Shown here one piece after another: positions 44,895-56,045 of a stretch of 64,000 nucleotides of DNA. The DNA comes from Cyanophora paradoxa CCMP329 (taxonomy: Eukaryota; Plantae; Glaucophyta), in assembly GCA_004431415.1 (NCBI GenBank), contig QPMI01000587.1:1-64000 (forward strand), in the 5' to 3' direction. Within the stretch, counting starts at the first letter, position 1. Every line of letters starts with the position of its first letter. Position numbers and translations under genes: made by a program. The notes beneath the pieces were generated by a model. It had not been told where the DNA came from and made no database searches. It saw nothing but the letters and a program-made list of their open reading frames with translations.

Positions 44895-47800
44895 AATTCG
44901 AGCAGGCGAACAACGTCAAGCTCTGCGTGTACACGACAGTGCTGGACGAGCAGGATATCTTGCCTATCTACATCAGCGCAGCTCTTCAGGATATCTACGT
45001 AGAGGATCCCGATCCTCTACGTGCCTGCTGGCGACGGCAACAACGTAGGGCATTATCTGGATCAAGCACATATCGCGGCTGTTCGGAAAGCACGGCTCGA
45101 ATGCCAAACATTACTGCCTCGCGTGCCAGAGCGGCTTCGGGTCGGACGAGAAGAAGAAGAAGAGTAAGTATAAGACACGCCCAAGCCGGTTGTGCGGTTT
45201 TGACGAAAGGCGAAGGACCAAAAGGCCCGAAGCACAATCGACAGTGAACCAACCAGACAAGGGTAGTGGCGGCGCAAACGCCTTACGGTCTACCGTGTAT
45301 GCCCCGGTGGTCCAGCGCTCATTCAGGCAGACACGGAAAGCAACCACAGACATCCCAATGCGGGCCTCTTCCTAATGCCGGCCTGGGGGAGTCCTGGTCA
45401 TGACCTCACGTAAGAAACCTTCAACCATCAGTCATGTCATCAGACTCTTCGTCAGTGATAAGGACCATTGGGGAACCTGGGTCATCAGCGAGATCCATAG
45501 ATGCAGCGGATGGGAGAGTTGGAGGAGGTGAGGGCCGCAAACGTTTGAAAGAAACCTGAGGTAGGACACCAGCTGCAGGAACGTTGTCACCATGATCCAG
45601 AGCACCAGGGTCTGGAGAAGACACTCGACGACGCTTAGGCGGGACAATAGAAGGAGAAAGAGGATCAGTATCCATGGGCATCATAGGCGCAGAAAAAGGC
45701 AGAGGGGCAGAAGAGGGAGGAGCTAGGAAAGCAATGACAGCATGACTCGCGAAGTCGGGCTCAACATCAACAGCGTCAATTCGGATAGGAGAGATCGAAA
45801 GCATATCAGGGGCAAGCTCAGTGTCATCCACATAGATGATAACTTGAGGAGAGGGCGGAGGTGAACCTGTATCATCGATAACAGCATCAAGACCGAATGC
45901 TGAAGCACCAACACAACGGTGTTGAAGAGGCGGCTCATCCTCTGAGTCAATATCCGGAGGCGGGTGAGGTGGCAACGGGTGAGGGGGTGAGTGAGCCATA
46001 GGACCAGGGTCAGGGGCAGGGTCGGGTCCCCCAGGGGGGTCGTCATCATCTGATGAGGTACTACTGGAGGAATCATCAGAATCATCAGGGCCAAGGTCGG
46101 AAAGGTCAGAGGAGTCTGAGCCGTTGTCAGGAGGGGACATATAGCCTTCCAGATCCTCCTTTTCAAGACGCTGCAGCAGGACAGGCCGCGCACTGGCGTA
46201 GGCAAACTGGGTAACAAGAGAGCTAGAAGCTAGGTCGGGGCTAGGGGCCGGCTGATCGACGTGCTCGCAGTGCTCATAGGGGGCTAAGGAATGGTCAAAA
46301 GCACGGGAAGCGTCTAAGAGATTAGCGTAGAATGAAGAATGAGAGGGGTCAGCAGTAGAGATGAAACGGAAATATCCACGGACATAGGTGACTTTAAATC
46401 GAGGTAAACGACAAGGAAGCATGTCCATAAAATCGTCCAGTTCATGGAACAAGGCAGTCATCAGAGTAGCTGTTTTCAAGCCCGTCTTGGAGGAAGGTGT
46501 AAGGGGCAGCTGGGTGTTAGGGTCCATTGCAAACGTAGCAGCAGCTTCAGTGCGACCTGCTCAATAGGCCAGACAGTACGAGCGGAAAATGATGTGCAAT
46601 CCAAGAATCCGAACAACCTGCCACTCCCAGTTCTGCAAGAACATCCAGCTGTCAGCGAAACGGACCAAGCCAGTGAGCAGCCAGGCAACAAAGCGTGCAG
46701 AAGGGATGGGCATCGGCTGGAGCTGCAGGGCATGGAAGAGAAGCGACCACAACTGCTGCACTACGGGGCAAAGAGCCAAGACGTGCAGCGAGTTGCAGTG
46801 CCTGTGGCAGACCGGACATAGCGAAGAGAGAAGCTCACTGTCAAGCAAATTCGCCGAAGCGGGATGCTGAAGATCACGCGCAGCCATAGCAGCGATGCGG
46901 GACGATGTGCGGAGGGCGTTGTAGCGCAGTGCAAAGTAGCCGTCAAGGACCCGCTGCATGAGAGCGTAGCGGAGGTCGGGAATCACCGTGTTGAACCAGG
47001 GAAAGCGATCAGTGCGCGCATCGTAGCCCAGCGGCCAGAGGAACTTTGGAGAGAGATCAGCATGCCACTTAGTCTCAGCGGTCGTCGGCGCCATGAAAGC
47101 GTGGGAGGAGAGGTACTTGTACACGTCGTGAACCGTGAAACGCGACGGGGCAGCAGGCAGCTTGTGCACAACCGACTTAGAGAGGCGCAGCTCTTCCTTT
47201 GAGCGATCATTGATGTTCTCACGGTCAGAGTAGAGCGCAAACGTACGGGAAGACAACGGTGGCAGCGGAAGGAGTGCAAGGTCGGAGAGCTGCAACTAGT
47301 TCATGAGGAACCGGACGAGGGCAGGCATGGAAGACAGCTTGCATGCGTTCTTAACCAGGCTAAGCGCATGTGCAGGCACGGGAATGAAGTCGATCGCACG
47401 GGCCGCGGGTCAGATTGCGACTACATCGGGGAGGGCAACGGGATTTTCAATCGAAGGACTGCAGGGCACGTCAATCTCATGGAAAGCGAGCTGTGTGTCA
47501 GGAAGAAGATGAACGCGACAGAGAGCTACTCCCTGGAGCGAGACACGCTCAGCAGCAAGTTTCGAGAAAGGGCCAATAGCGAGACCTCCAGGTTCGTGTT
47601 TCCAGTCTGCAGTTTTACCACAACGCCAAACCTCTTGCGCAAGTCGATTATTGAGTGCATGCAGCTGGTCGTGCAGTTGCTCGGGATAGGAGGGTTGGAC
47701 ATAGAGAGTATGTTCACCAGAGAAATCCCAGATTTGATAGTTGAAACGGAAGCCGAGACGGAAAAGCAGCATAAAAGTAAAGTCATGCTCATAGTACGTG

Positions 47801-48815
47801 TCTTTCTTATACCAGGGGTGCATGATCGGCATACGCAGGAAATCCCAAGCGCAGCGGGGCTTCTTGACATTGAAAATAGTCCGCCAAGCTTCGAAGATGG
47901 CAAAGAATGGGTCAGCAGGCAGGGGCCACAATGGCTTAACCAAGCGATCAGTCCTGTTGAGAAAAGGAAGCCAGAGCCCAAAGCCACCGTTTTCCGTGAA
48001 GGCCTCAATAATTTCTCGACCAGGAAGCCCCACCGGGGAAGCAAGCCACGATTCCAAAGAGTTTGCGGCAAAGGCCAGCTGGAAATGTTTGGGGGAGGGC
48101 GCTCCGAGACCACCAAGAGATACAGGCCAACAGGAGGCAGTGGTCATTCCCTGATGGGGTAAGATGAATGCATCGGAATACGTAGATCGCTTCCAGACGA
48201 AGGTCTGTAGATTCTTTGAAATAGCCCGGAGAATTTTAGGAGGTGCTGGGACTGCACGGGTATAAAAGCTTAAGACGCCCTGACAAAAAGCATAGGCGAT
48301 GCGACCACGCCCAAGAAGCGATGACTGGAAATCGACTGCTGTCTCCATAAAGAAGGTCGCTTTATGCTGAATCATGTTCCAGGACGGATGGTGCTCGCGA
48401 TCAAGAAGGAGCTGATGAGGGAAACCAAGCTGCTTATGACAGGCAGGATCGAGCTCAGTAGCGCAAAGAACAGGGAACGGCAGGGGATCAGCAGGATCGA
48501 GATCCAACGGCGAGGCAGCAGGTTCCCACAGGACGATGGCCACAGACAGTGGCTTGAAAGAGCCAAAACGTGCATGGATGGCTAAGAGAGAGTCACGCAG
48601 AGATAGCCCCTGGGCGCGAAGCAGGAACAGCTGATAAATATCGTCAGCAAACTGGACAAGGGGGGTGCCAACGGGGCGGGGTATATCAGTGAGTGAGAGC
48701 AAGAGAGAACGTAGAGGGCTGATTGAGAGAATGAAGGAAACCGGGCTCCAGGGACCACCTTGAATGGTGCCCACCAAACGTGAGAACACAGAAGAGAAGA
48801 GCCCATTCGCAAATA
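44895..48815 (-). mobile_element. 5'-truncated non-LTR (L1/Tx1-like) retrotransposon, ORF2 pseudogene
   Basis: RT motifs GTIQGGPWSP, QFADDI and GGLG, plus zinc finger CPVC...LHVLALCP. ORFs 47410-48942, 46561-47295 and 45421-46527 share one frame, broken by single stops. Confidence 0.85.
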
Positions 48816-48906
48816 CACCCACCAGCAAGTCAGTCAGTCGAAGGGGGAATACGCACAAGGCGCTAGCCTTAGGCAGATGACCCTCCCACCCGCAAGTCAC
48901 TGAGTC
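48816..48906 (-). repeat. Satellite A remnant between the LINE and an LTR
   Basis: CACCCACCAGCAAGTCAGTCAGTCGAAGGGGGAATA... Confidence 0.9.
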
Positions 48907-49077
48907 TGACGGGTTGCGGCCAGAAATGATCAAAGAACACAAAGAAGAACATGTTTACCCGTCATTTGCAAGAGTCTCGTGTATTTATTCCAGAAGCCAG
49001 TACCAGCCCCCAACTGACTACCGCACACAAGGCACAGGGCTATGCTACGAGGGGGAGTTTGGGTTCGAGATACAACA
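48907..49077 (-). repeat. 3' LTR (171 bp) of the minus-strand gypsy element
   Basis: TG...CA ends, reverse complement of 36675-36845, 42 nt beyond the pol stop. Confidence 0.88.
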
Positions 49078-49119
49078 TTACGCTCCGTAGTTGAGAGGGC
49101 CACGTTCTCGCTGGCCAAC

Positions 49120-52100
49120 TCATTCACGCTCAACGTAGGGGATGAGACGATCAGCGTGAACCGTAACCTTGTCACCGGTAGAATAGCCAAGCTTGTTGTC
49201 ACCACCAACAAATCGAACCACATAGGACACACCATGTCCACGAGAGGCATCAGCAACGATCTCCCAAGGACCAGTGAACTTGGGGTCCATCTTGCGCAAA
49301 CGAGTCGAAGGGGTCTTGACACAGACCAGTTCACCTTGAACGAACAACGGGTCACCCGAGGGTGAGGCAGCCTGACCTTGCGCATCCTGTCGAGCTTGCC
49401 GAACCAAATTAGCCTCGGAGTAGATACGCGAGAACCGACGACCAAGTTCAGCAGCATGAGTAGAAGCAGAATTGCCGACAGTGATATCAGGTTGAAGCAA
49501 CAAATCAGTAGGAAGCGTACACTGTCGACCGTACAACATCTCGAAAGGTGTGAATCCAGTCGAAGGATTCTTGAAGTTGCGAATCGCAAACAAGGCGAAA
49601 GGAATGAACAAGTCCCATTGCTTCTCGTTCTGTTCCGCATAGAAACGAAGGCGAGTGACGAGAACATCATTGAACTTTTCCACGAGACCCTGCGATTGGG
49701 GATGATAAGGAGCAGCGAAAACATGTTTTATTCCGAAGATCCGTTCCAACTCTTGCAGAATGAGATTATCGAATTCTCCGCCACGATCAGAAGAGATTTT
49801 GCGGGGAACTCCATGTTCAGGAATCCAATGTTCGAAAAGTGCGCGAACAGCGACAGTGGCCGACTTGGACCGTGCAGGCACTGCGGTGCCCCATCGAGTG
49901 AAAACATCGACAATTGTCACCACGTACTTGTTACCACGACTTGATTTGGGAAACGGTCCAACGATGTCGATCTCGATATGTTGCATAGGAGCATCAGCAA
50001 CCACAGGTACAGTCGGCAGATTTGAAGAGGTTGGCTTCGGTTTAATCAACTGACACTTGTGGCAGCTCCGAACGTAATCATAGACATCGCGACGCAAGTT
50101 CTTCCAATAGTAACGAGATGAGACAAGATCGATCAACTTGGTCACTCCAGGATGTCCGAAATTGTCATGAAGAGCTCGAAGAACCTGTTGAGTCATGGAG
50201 TACGGAACGACGACTTGAAAAGAATCAGATCCAGTTCGTTGGCGACAAAGAACATCACATTTAAGAACGAATTTTCCACTCTTGAATGTTCGCTCCACTG
50301 ACTTGTCCACGCCCTCAGGAAGGACAAGCACATCATCTTCAAGATACCTGATGATGGTGTTGAGCAACGGATCCTCAAGTTGAGCAGCTCTAATATCAGA
50401 AGCAGAAAGAGATAAGTCAAGCTCAACTGCATTCACAAGAATAGGGATGGGAATGATAGGAGAAATGAGAGACAACTCCTCAATCTTGGCAACAACTCGC
50501 TTCACAAGTCTTGAAAGTGCATCGGCATCAGCATTCAGGGTACCAGACTTTTGAGAAATTTCATAATTGTACTCCTGCATTCCAAGAATCCAGCGGGCAA
50601 TCCGAGCATTTGGGAACTCCTTATTCGACTTCATATACTGGAGAGCACTGTGATCCGACTTGATGAAGAACTTGGGGCGTTTCAGATAATGTGAAAACTT
50701 TTTAGTCACAGCCCAGTAAACAGCATATAACTCCTGCTCAGTAACTGTCCACTTCTGTTGCTCGTCTGATAATGGCTCAGCAGCATATGCAATAACAACC
50801 TCCTTGTTCCACTTGCGCTCAGCTGGGGTGAGTGTCTTAGAAGCAAATGAAATGACTCGCTCCTGACCATTGTCATCCAGTTGCGACAACACAGCACCAA
50901 TGCCAGTTTTCGAGGCATCTGTTTTGAGGATAAAAGGCTTCTTGAAATCTGGATATGCAAGAATAGGAGAGGAACACAATAACTCCTTGAGCTTCCGAAA
51001 AGCAAAGTCTTGTGATTCTCCCCATACAAACAAATTCTTGGATTTCAACAAATCATACAATGGAGAAGCTATGATTGCACATGAAGGTATGAAGACCCTG
51101 TAGTAATTCACTAAACCTAAGAAAGACCTGACTTCTGATACAGATGTTGAAGTCTTGAAATTCTTCACAGCCTGAACTTTGCTGTCACATGGCTTGATTC
51201 CTTCTCGGCAAACAACAAATCCAAGGTACTCAGCTTCAGCCTTGAAGAAACGACACTTACGTGCTTTTAACCGCAGGTGAGCAGCAATCAGCTGATCAAA
51301 AACCCATTCAAGATGTTCGAAATGCTCCTTCAGACTCCTGGAAAAGACACATATATCATCAAGATAAACAAGAATAAAGATGTAAAGGTAAGCCCCTAAC
51401 ACTCCATTCATCAACATCTGAAATGTCGCAGGGGCCGTTTTGAGGCCCTGAGGCATGCCATTCCACTCATACAAACCAGTTGGTGTCCTAAAAGCTGTCT
51501 TCGGCCGATCCTTATCACTCATCTTGACATTCCAATATCCATCATCACAATCTGCAACAGAAATATATATGTATCCAGAAAGAGCTTCAAGAGCATCATC
51601 AATTCTTGGTAAGGGATATGCATCATCCTTGGTAACACTGTTGAGCCTTCTGTAATCGATGCAGAAACGATATGAGCCATCCTTCTTCCGCACAAGGACC
51701 ACCGGAGCGGCCCAAGGGCTTCTAGAAGGACGAATTAAATTCCTTTTGATCAGCTTTTGAGTCTCTTGAACAATCTTTTGGCGTTGGTCAAAAGAAAGAC
51801 GTCTTGGAGGTTCAGCAATCGGCTTTGCATCTCCAGTGTCAATGCTATGCTCAATAGGAGGACCAGGTCTGGACTCATCATGTTTCCATTGACCCTCAGC
51901 AAATACTTCATGCTTCCTCGCCAAGAAATCCCACATAAGCTTCCTCTCATCAAGATTATCATCAGCTGAACCAACACTGCATGGAGAGATGAGGCTTGCA
52001 ACATTATCACCAAATCGCTCCCGAATCTCCTTCAAAATCACTTCATCGACCGAAGATACTGGTACAGAACTTGCTTGCGAAAATACAGAACTCTTTTTAT

Positions 52101-53406
52101 CGCTATCTAATGAAGTCGAGTTATTTACAACAGAATCTGAAACTCTTTTACTTGAATCATCAAAAGAAGACTGGAGAACAGCTTCGGACGCAGTGATATC
52201 TACTGAATCAGGACCCTTGTACTCAGAAGTGTGCACAAAACTTCCTTTCCCAGATGAGTCATAACTCAGCACCAGGTTGACATCACAGATTTCCGGCATG
52301 TTGTGGACAACTGATGTTTTACTCTTGCTCGGAACAAACCTGGCTAGCCGGGTACCTTCAGGTATTACTGCCGGTCCCCTGTCAGACCTTGGATCAAGAT
52401 TGACAAGCAATACCTTGATACGTCCTCCACGACAATGAGCTGGGCCACCTGCCACATGGACAAACTCATTCTTGTTCCATTCTCTAAAGTCATCAATAAA
52501 GCCTTCGCCATCCTGCACATAGCAGCGGCTGGGTGCTCGCATCCAAACAAATCTCTGAGTTCCAGGATCAAGCTTGACCCTCTCAGCAGTCTCCATAATC
52601 ACACCATATTCTTCAGAACACTCATCAGAATTGCGAGATGATTCATCAGGGCGTGGTTGAGGAGAATCTGGCAAGGATCCATGCTGCTGATCTGATCCAA
52701 AAGCAAGAGAAGCAATCTTACACTCCACTGGCTGATCTGGGAACTTCGAGAATGTGATGGAGCGCCTGTTCACCTGTTCATTTTTATATGTCACTCCAAA
52801 TTCAGACAAGAAATCTTGTCCAAGAATGCCGGCATATGGATAATTGGGAAAGTCCACAACAAGGAAAGGGAAAGATGCTGTCAGAGGACCGATTGACCCT
52901 TTAATCAGAATCTCGCCAGGTACATTAACAAGATGTGAATTTGGCAGGCGAACACAAGGCGTGAATGAGGTCTTAATTACCTGATTTTGAAGTTTCAACT
53001 TCTGCACCAGTCTACTCGTGACCAGTGAAATATCAGCCCCACTGTCCAGGAAGAACTCATAAGTGGTGCCCTTGATGACAACTTTGACCAACGATCTCCC
53101 AGGTGGAGTGACAGCAAACTGTCTCCCTGCTGGAGAATTCTCTCTAGGAGAGTGGGAGTTGTCAGAGGGACTTTTTGGGTTTGAAGTGCTACTGCTATTT
53201 CCAACAATTTCAAGAGATTGTTTGCTCTTCGAAATTCCACCAAGTGATCCATAATGCCTTCTGGGAAAAGCGGAAGGAGACAAAGAAACCTTGCTGGTAC
53301 ACTGAGAGAGAGGCACTCGAATGAATTCTCCCTTCTGCTTGGAAACAAGCATGGTCCTCTGTTCCAGAGAAGAGGCATCACAGCTTGGGGTAGAAGCGTT
53401 GATCAA
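49120..53406 (-). CDS. Ty3/gypsy pol polyprotein (PR-RT-RNase H-IN), open frame
   Basis: FLDSGAD protease, RFCIDYRRLN, YLDD, TDAS, NADADALSR, HHCC and DDE motifs in gypsy order. Confidence 0.96.
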   Translation of the reverse strand: MINASTPSCDASSLEQRTMLVSKQKGEFIRVPLSQCTSKVSLSPSAFPRRHYGSLGGISKSKQSLEIVGNSSSTSNPKSPSDNSHSPRENSPAGRQFAVTPPGRSLVKVVIKGTTYEFFLDSGADISLVTSRLVQKLKLQNQVIKTSFTPCVRLPNSHLVNVPGEILIKGSIGPLTASFPFLVVDFPNYPYAGILGQDFLSEFGVTYKNEQVNRRSITFSKFPDQPVECKIASLAFGSDQQHGSLPDSPQPRPDESSRNSDECSEEYGVIMETAERVKLDPGTQRFVWMRAPSRCYVQDGEGFIDDFREWNKNEFVHVAGGPAHCRGGRIKVLLVNLDPRSDRGPAVIPEGTRLARFVPSKSKTSVVHNMPEICDVNLVLSYDSSGKGSFVHTSEYKGPDSVDITASEAVLQSSFDDSSKRVSDSVVNNSTSLDSDKKSSVFSQASSVPVSSVDEVILKEIRERFGDNVASLISPCSVGSADDNLDERKLMWDFLARKHEVFAEGQWKHDESRPGPPIEHSIDTGDAKPIAEPPRRLSFDQRQKIVQETQKLIKRNLIRPSRSPWAAPVVLVRKKDGSYRFCIDYRRLNSVTKDDAYPLPRIDDALEALSGYIYISVADCDDGYWNVKMSDKDRPKTAFRTPTGLYEWNGMPQGLKTAPATFQMLMNGVLGAYLYIFILVYLDDICVFSRSLKEHFEHLEWVFDQLIAAHLRLKARKCRFFKAEAEYLGFVVCREGIKPCDSKVQAVKNFKTSTSVSEVRSFLGLVNYYRVFIPSCAIIASPLYDLLKSKNLFVWGESQDFAFRKLKELLCSSPILAYPDFKKPFILKTDASKTGIGAVLSQLDDNGQERVISFASKTLTPAERKWNKEVVIAYAAEPLSDEQQKWTVTEQELYAVYWAVTKKFSHYLKRPKFFIKSDHSALQYMKSNKEFPNARIARWILGMQEYNYEISQKSGTLNADADALSRLVKRVVAKIEELSLISPIIPIPILVNAVELDLSLSASDIRAAQLEDPLLNTIIRYLEDDVLVLPEGVDKSVERTFKSGKFVLKCDVLCRQRTGSDSFQVVVPYSMTQQVLRALHDNFGHPGVTKLIDLVSSRYYWKNLRRDVYDYVRSCHKCQLIKPKPTSSNLPTVPVVADAPMQHIEIDIVGPFPKSSRGNKYVVTIVDVFTRWGTAVPARSKSATVAVRALFEHWIPEHGVPRKISSDRGGEFDNLILQELERIFGIKHVFAAPYHPQSQGLVEKFNDVLVTRLRFYAEQNEKQWDLFIPFALFAIRNFKNPSTGFTPFEMLYGRQCTLPTDLLLQPDITVGNSASTHAAELGRRFSRIYSEANLVRQARQDAQGQAASPSGDPLFVQGELVCVKTPSTRLRKMDPKFTGPWEIVADASRGHGVSYVVRFVGGDNKLGYSTGDKVTVHADRLIPYVERE

Positions 53407-54151
53407 ATGACCTCGAACATTTTGAGCACAACAAATCTTGCCACTGTCAAAGGAGCCATTAAAGTATTAACTGGTGCCGTATCAGCCTTGGGAGCTAACC
53501 AATCTTGAACTACATTGGACTTGTCGCTAATTTGATGAACCCCCTCTCAATTTCAAATTGTGTATTCCATTGGTATCGGACGGGGGGCGGGGGCATACAG
53601 GGGTAAACAGGGGGGTAACGGGGGGCCGGGCGGGGGCGTACAGGGGGGCTAGGCGCGGGGAACGGGATTATTCGGGGCTTCACTACAGCGGGACTATGCG
53701 GGGCTGTGACTGGGACTGGGGAGGCGCGATTGGTGGAGCTGTATTGTAGAGCGAGCTAGGGGGGCCACAGTGAACCATTGATTTTTGCAGGAAACATTAA
53801 TTTTTGCAGTGGAAACAATAGCAATCACCTGTCCTGCGGGAGAAGATGCTACCCTGTCCTTACAGGATTTCCATTCGCTGTCGATTGTGAGAAGGTGCGA
53901 CATAACCTTGCCCAATCTTGCCCTTCCAAACTTGGCGTCATCGTTCCTCACTCTTAACCTTCCTTCTGATCGCTCAATCAATGTTTATGTCCACTCTCTT
54001 ATGCATTCGTTCCCTGCCCTCACCTCACGGTGGCTGGCTTGCCTGCTCAGCTTGTGCATCTAAAAAATCAAACATACAGGTCATACAAAAATGGGAACAC
54101 ACACAAATGGGAAGGTCATAAAAATGGAAAAAACCTCAGCATTCCGGCCTT

Positions 54152-55108
54152 TTAAGATCTTTTCTGCTGGCCAGAGAACAGAATCCAACTTGCTACCAGA
54201 AAAGCGAGGTAGGTTAGGAAGGTTTGAACAAGAGAATGGGTAAATTCCGCATGGCCCAATAGAATTAGACATGCTAATTTCAGATGAGCCATTATTTCGT
54301 GAGTTACTGGATCTGTTTGCTTTAATATGGCTGCGGATGAAAAAAGAACCAACACCCCTAAAAAGCAGGATAGTATGGTCAACTGGACTGGGAGGAAAAC
54401 GTGCTTATGGCAACCACATACCAACACGATCGACCCGCTTATAAATGCTGTAACGGGCGAGGACCTGTATAGATACTGGATAGTACTTAAATTGTATTTC
54501 TTCTGCACTCGTGCTGTGAGAAGCAGACAAGTTGGGCAAACTATCGCTGCAAAAAAGGAGTAAAAAATCCCAATGTAAGTCCATTCTATAGACGACACGA
54601 AAAGGCCGCATAGCAATGTAAGAAGAAGGAGGGTGCGGACTGCATCGCGAAAAGAGATTGCAATGCCCATGAACTGATGCTGCAATACGGCACTGATCGG
54701 AGTGTGGAGGAGTTTGCAAACCTGTCGGGTGTGTTGGCAAAGAGTGCGTCTTTCATTGAGCACGAACCTGGTAGCTGCTGATTGGGTTGTAAAATAGGCT
54801 CAAGTTCAGGCAAACGATTCCAGTTATGGAGGCCAGAGAAGCAGCAAAAATATCAGCAGTTTGAGCAGCATTGTTAGCGGCGAATACCGCCTTGTAGTGA
54901 AGTGCACGGGTGATGACAAGTAAGGACATGTGATGGAGCCATGTCAAGAAAACCACTTCGGGAGCAGCATCACGTGATTGAAAAAAAGGAAGACATGGCA
55001 CTCACCTTCACGCCAGGAGCGCTGTTGGATGAAAATTGAACGATTGATCCAAATCAAACAAATAGACGACAAAATGTTCATGAAAATTAGAAAGAGTTTT
55101 TTGCTCAT
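54152..55108 (-). CDS. Host SLC35E/triose-phosphate translocator-like transporter, 3 exons (55108-55006, 54955-54768, 54721-54152; 286 aa)
   Basis: GT-AG introns of 50 and 46 nt splice in frame. NILSSICLIWINRSIF, LTWLH and NLSLFYNPISSYQVCKLLHTP match the family pattern. Multiple hydrophobic helices. Confidence 0.82.
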
Positions 55109-55174
55109 GTTGATTATTATTAATTGTAAAAACGTGTCATATCAAATCATGCCCGATGCAGCCTCCTTTTTGGA

Positions 55175-55545
55175 GTAACTGGGCCCGACGGGAATTCGAA
55201 ATCACAAGGTGGAGAGGGAGTGAACCCAGGAAACATTCGAATCCACAAAGACTCGGTGGGAGTCCCACTTGGAAGGGCAGAGCCTCTCCCAGGGCCGCTG
55301 CTGGGCAGGGGGTAACAGTCAGACTCCCACTGGGTGTTCTGGGATTTGAACGTTTCCTGGATTCATTCCCTGTCCTCATATTGGTGACTTCGAAATCCCA
55401 TCAGGCACACAACAGGGCCCACAATAGAAGTCAGTGCACACGAAAACTTTCCAGGGGGAACAAACACATGGCCCTAGCCATTGGCAGGTGCACCGTGCCC
55501 AGCAGAGGCCCTGAAAAAGGCTCCGCTGTTCCAAGTGGGACCCTT
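55175..55545. repeat. Second repeat family (B), two partial units in inverted arrangement
   Basis: About 55190-55265 is an imperfect reverse complement of about 55322-55400. Same family occurs at 57510-57770. Confidence 0.7.
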
Positions 55546-55672
55546 ATGGAGAGATTCGGGGTGCATTTTTCTTCTTTTTTGTGGCAGATCGGAAACCTGG
55601 GGCCTTTAAATCCGTGATGTGCTGGTGGGTGGGGTCATGTTCTGAAGGCTAGCGCCTTGTGCATATTCCCCC
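55546..55672 (+). repeat. Single diverged satellite A monomer
   Basis: GAGATTCGGGGTGCATTTTTCTTC...GGCTAGCGCCTTGTGCATATTCCCC. Confidence 0.85.
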
Positions 55673-56045
55673 GGTATATATATCAGTTGGAATTGTGTAT
55701 TCAATCCATGAGCTGCCAACAACAGTGTCACCACTCTCATCATTGTGTGATAGCCCCCAGCTGCTAGTACTCGTGAGGTTTAGGGGGAAGTTAATCTTGG
55801 GTTCTGATAATTAAAACCAAAGTCTACCACTGCATAAGCCCTTGCGCTTGCAGTTGGTAGCATCGGAGTGAACAAATCAAACCGATCATATCTCATATGC
55901 CAAAAGAACTCCAGCAATTGCTACAAATTCAAATCACAGAGCCGCGGCCTGGAATAGGCTCGGTCACAGGCTCGTCAGGACGGACCCTATTCTAGAAATA
56001 GAACCCGAAGTCGAAAATATTCTTGAGGAAGAGGATTTAAGAGCG

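Noticed and set aside
53570-53770. G-rich tract after a PBS-like TGGTATCGG, possible G-quadruplex or leader of another LTR element
   Set aside because: No partner LTR or ORF found, so a call cannot be supported.
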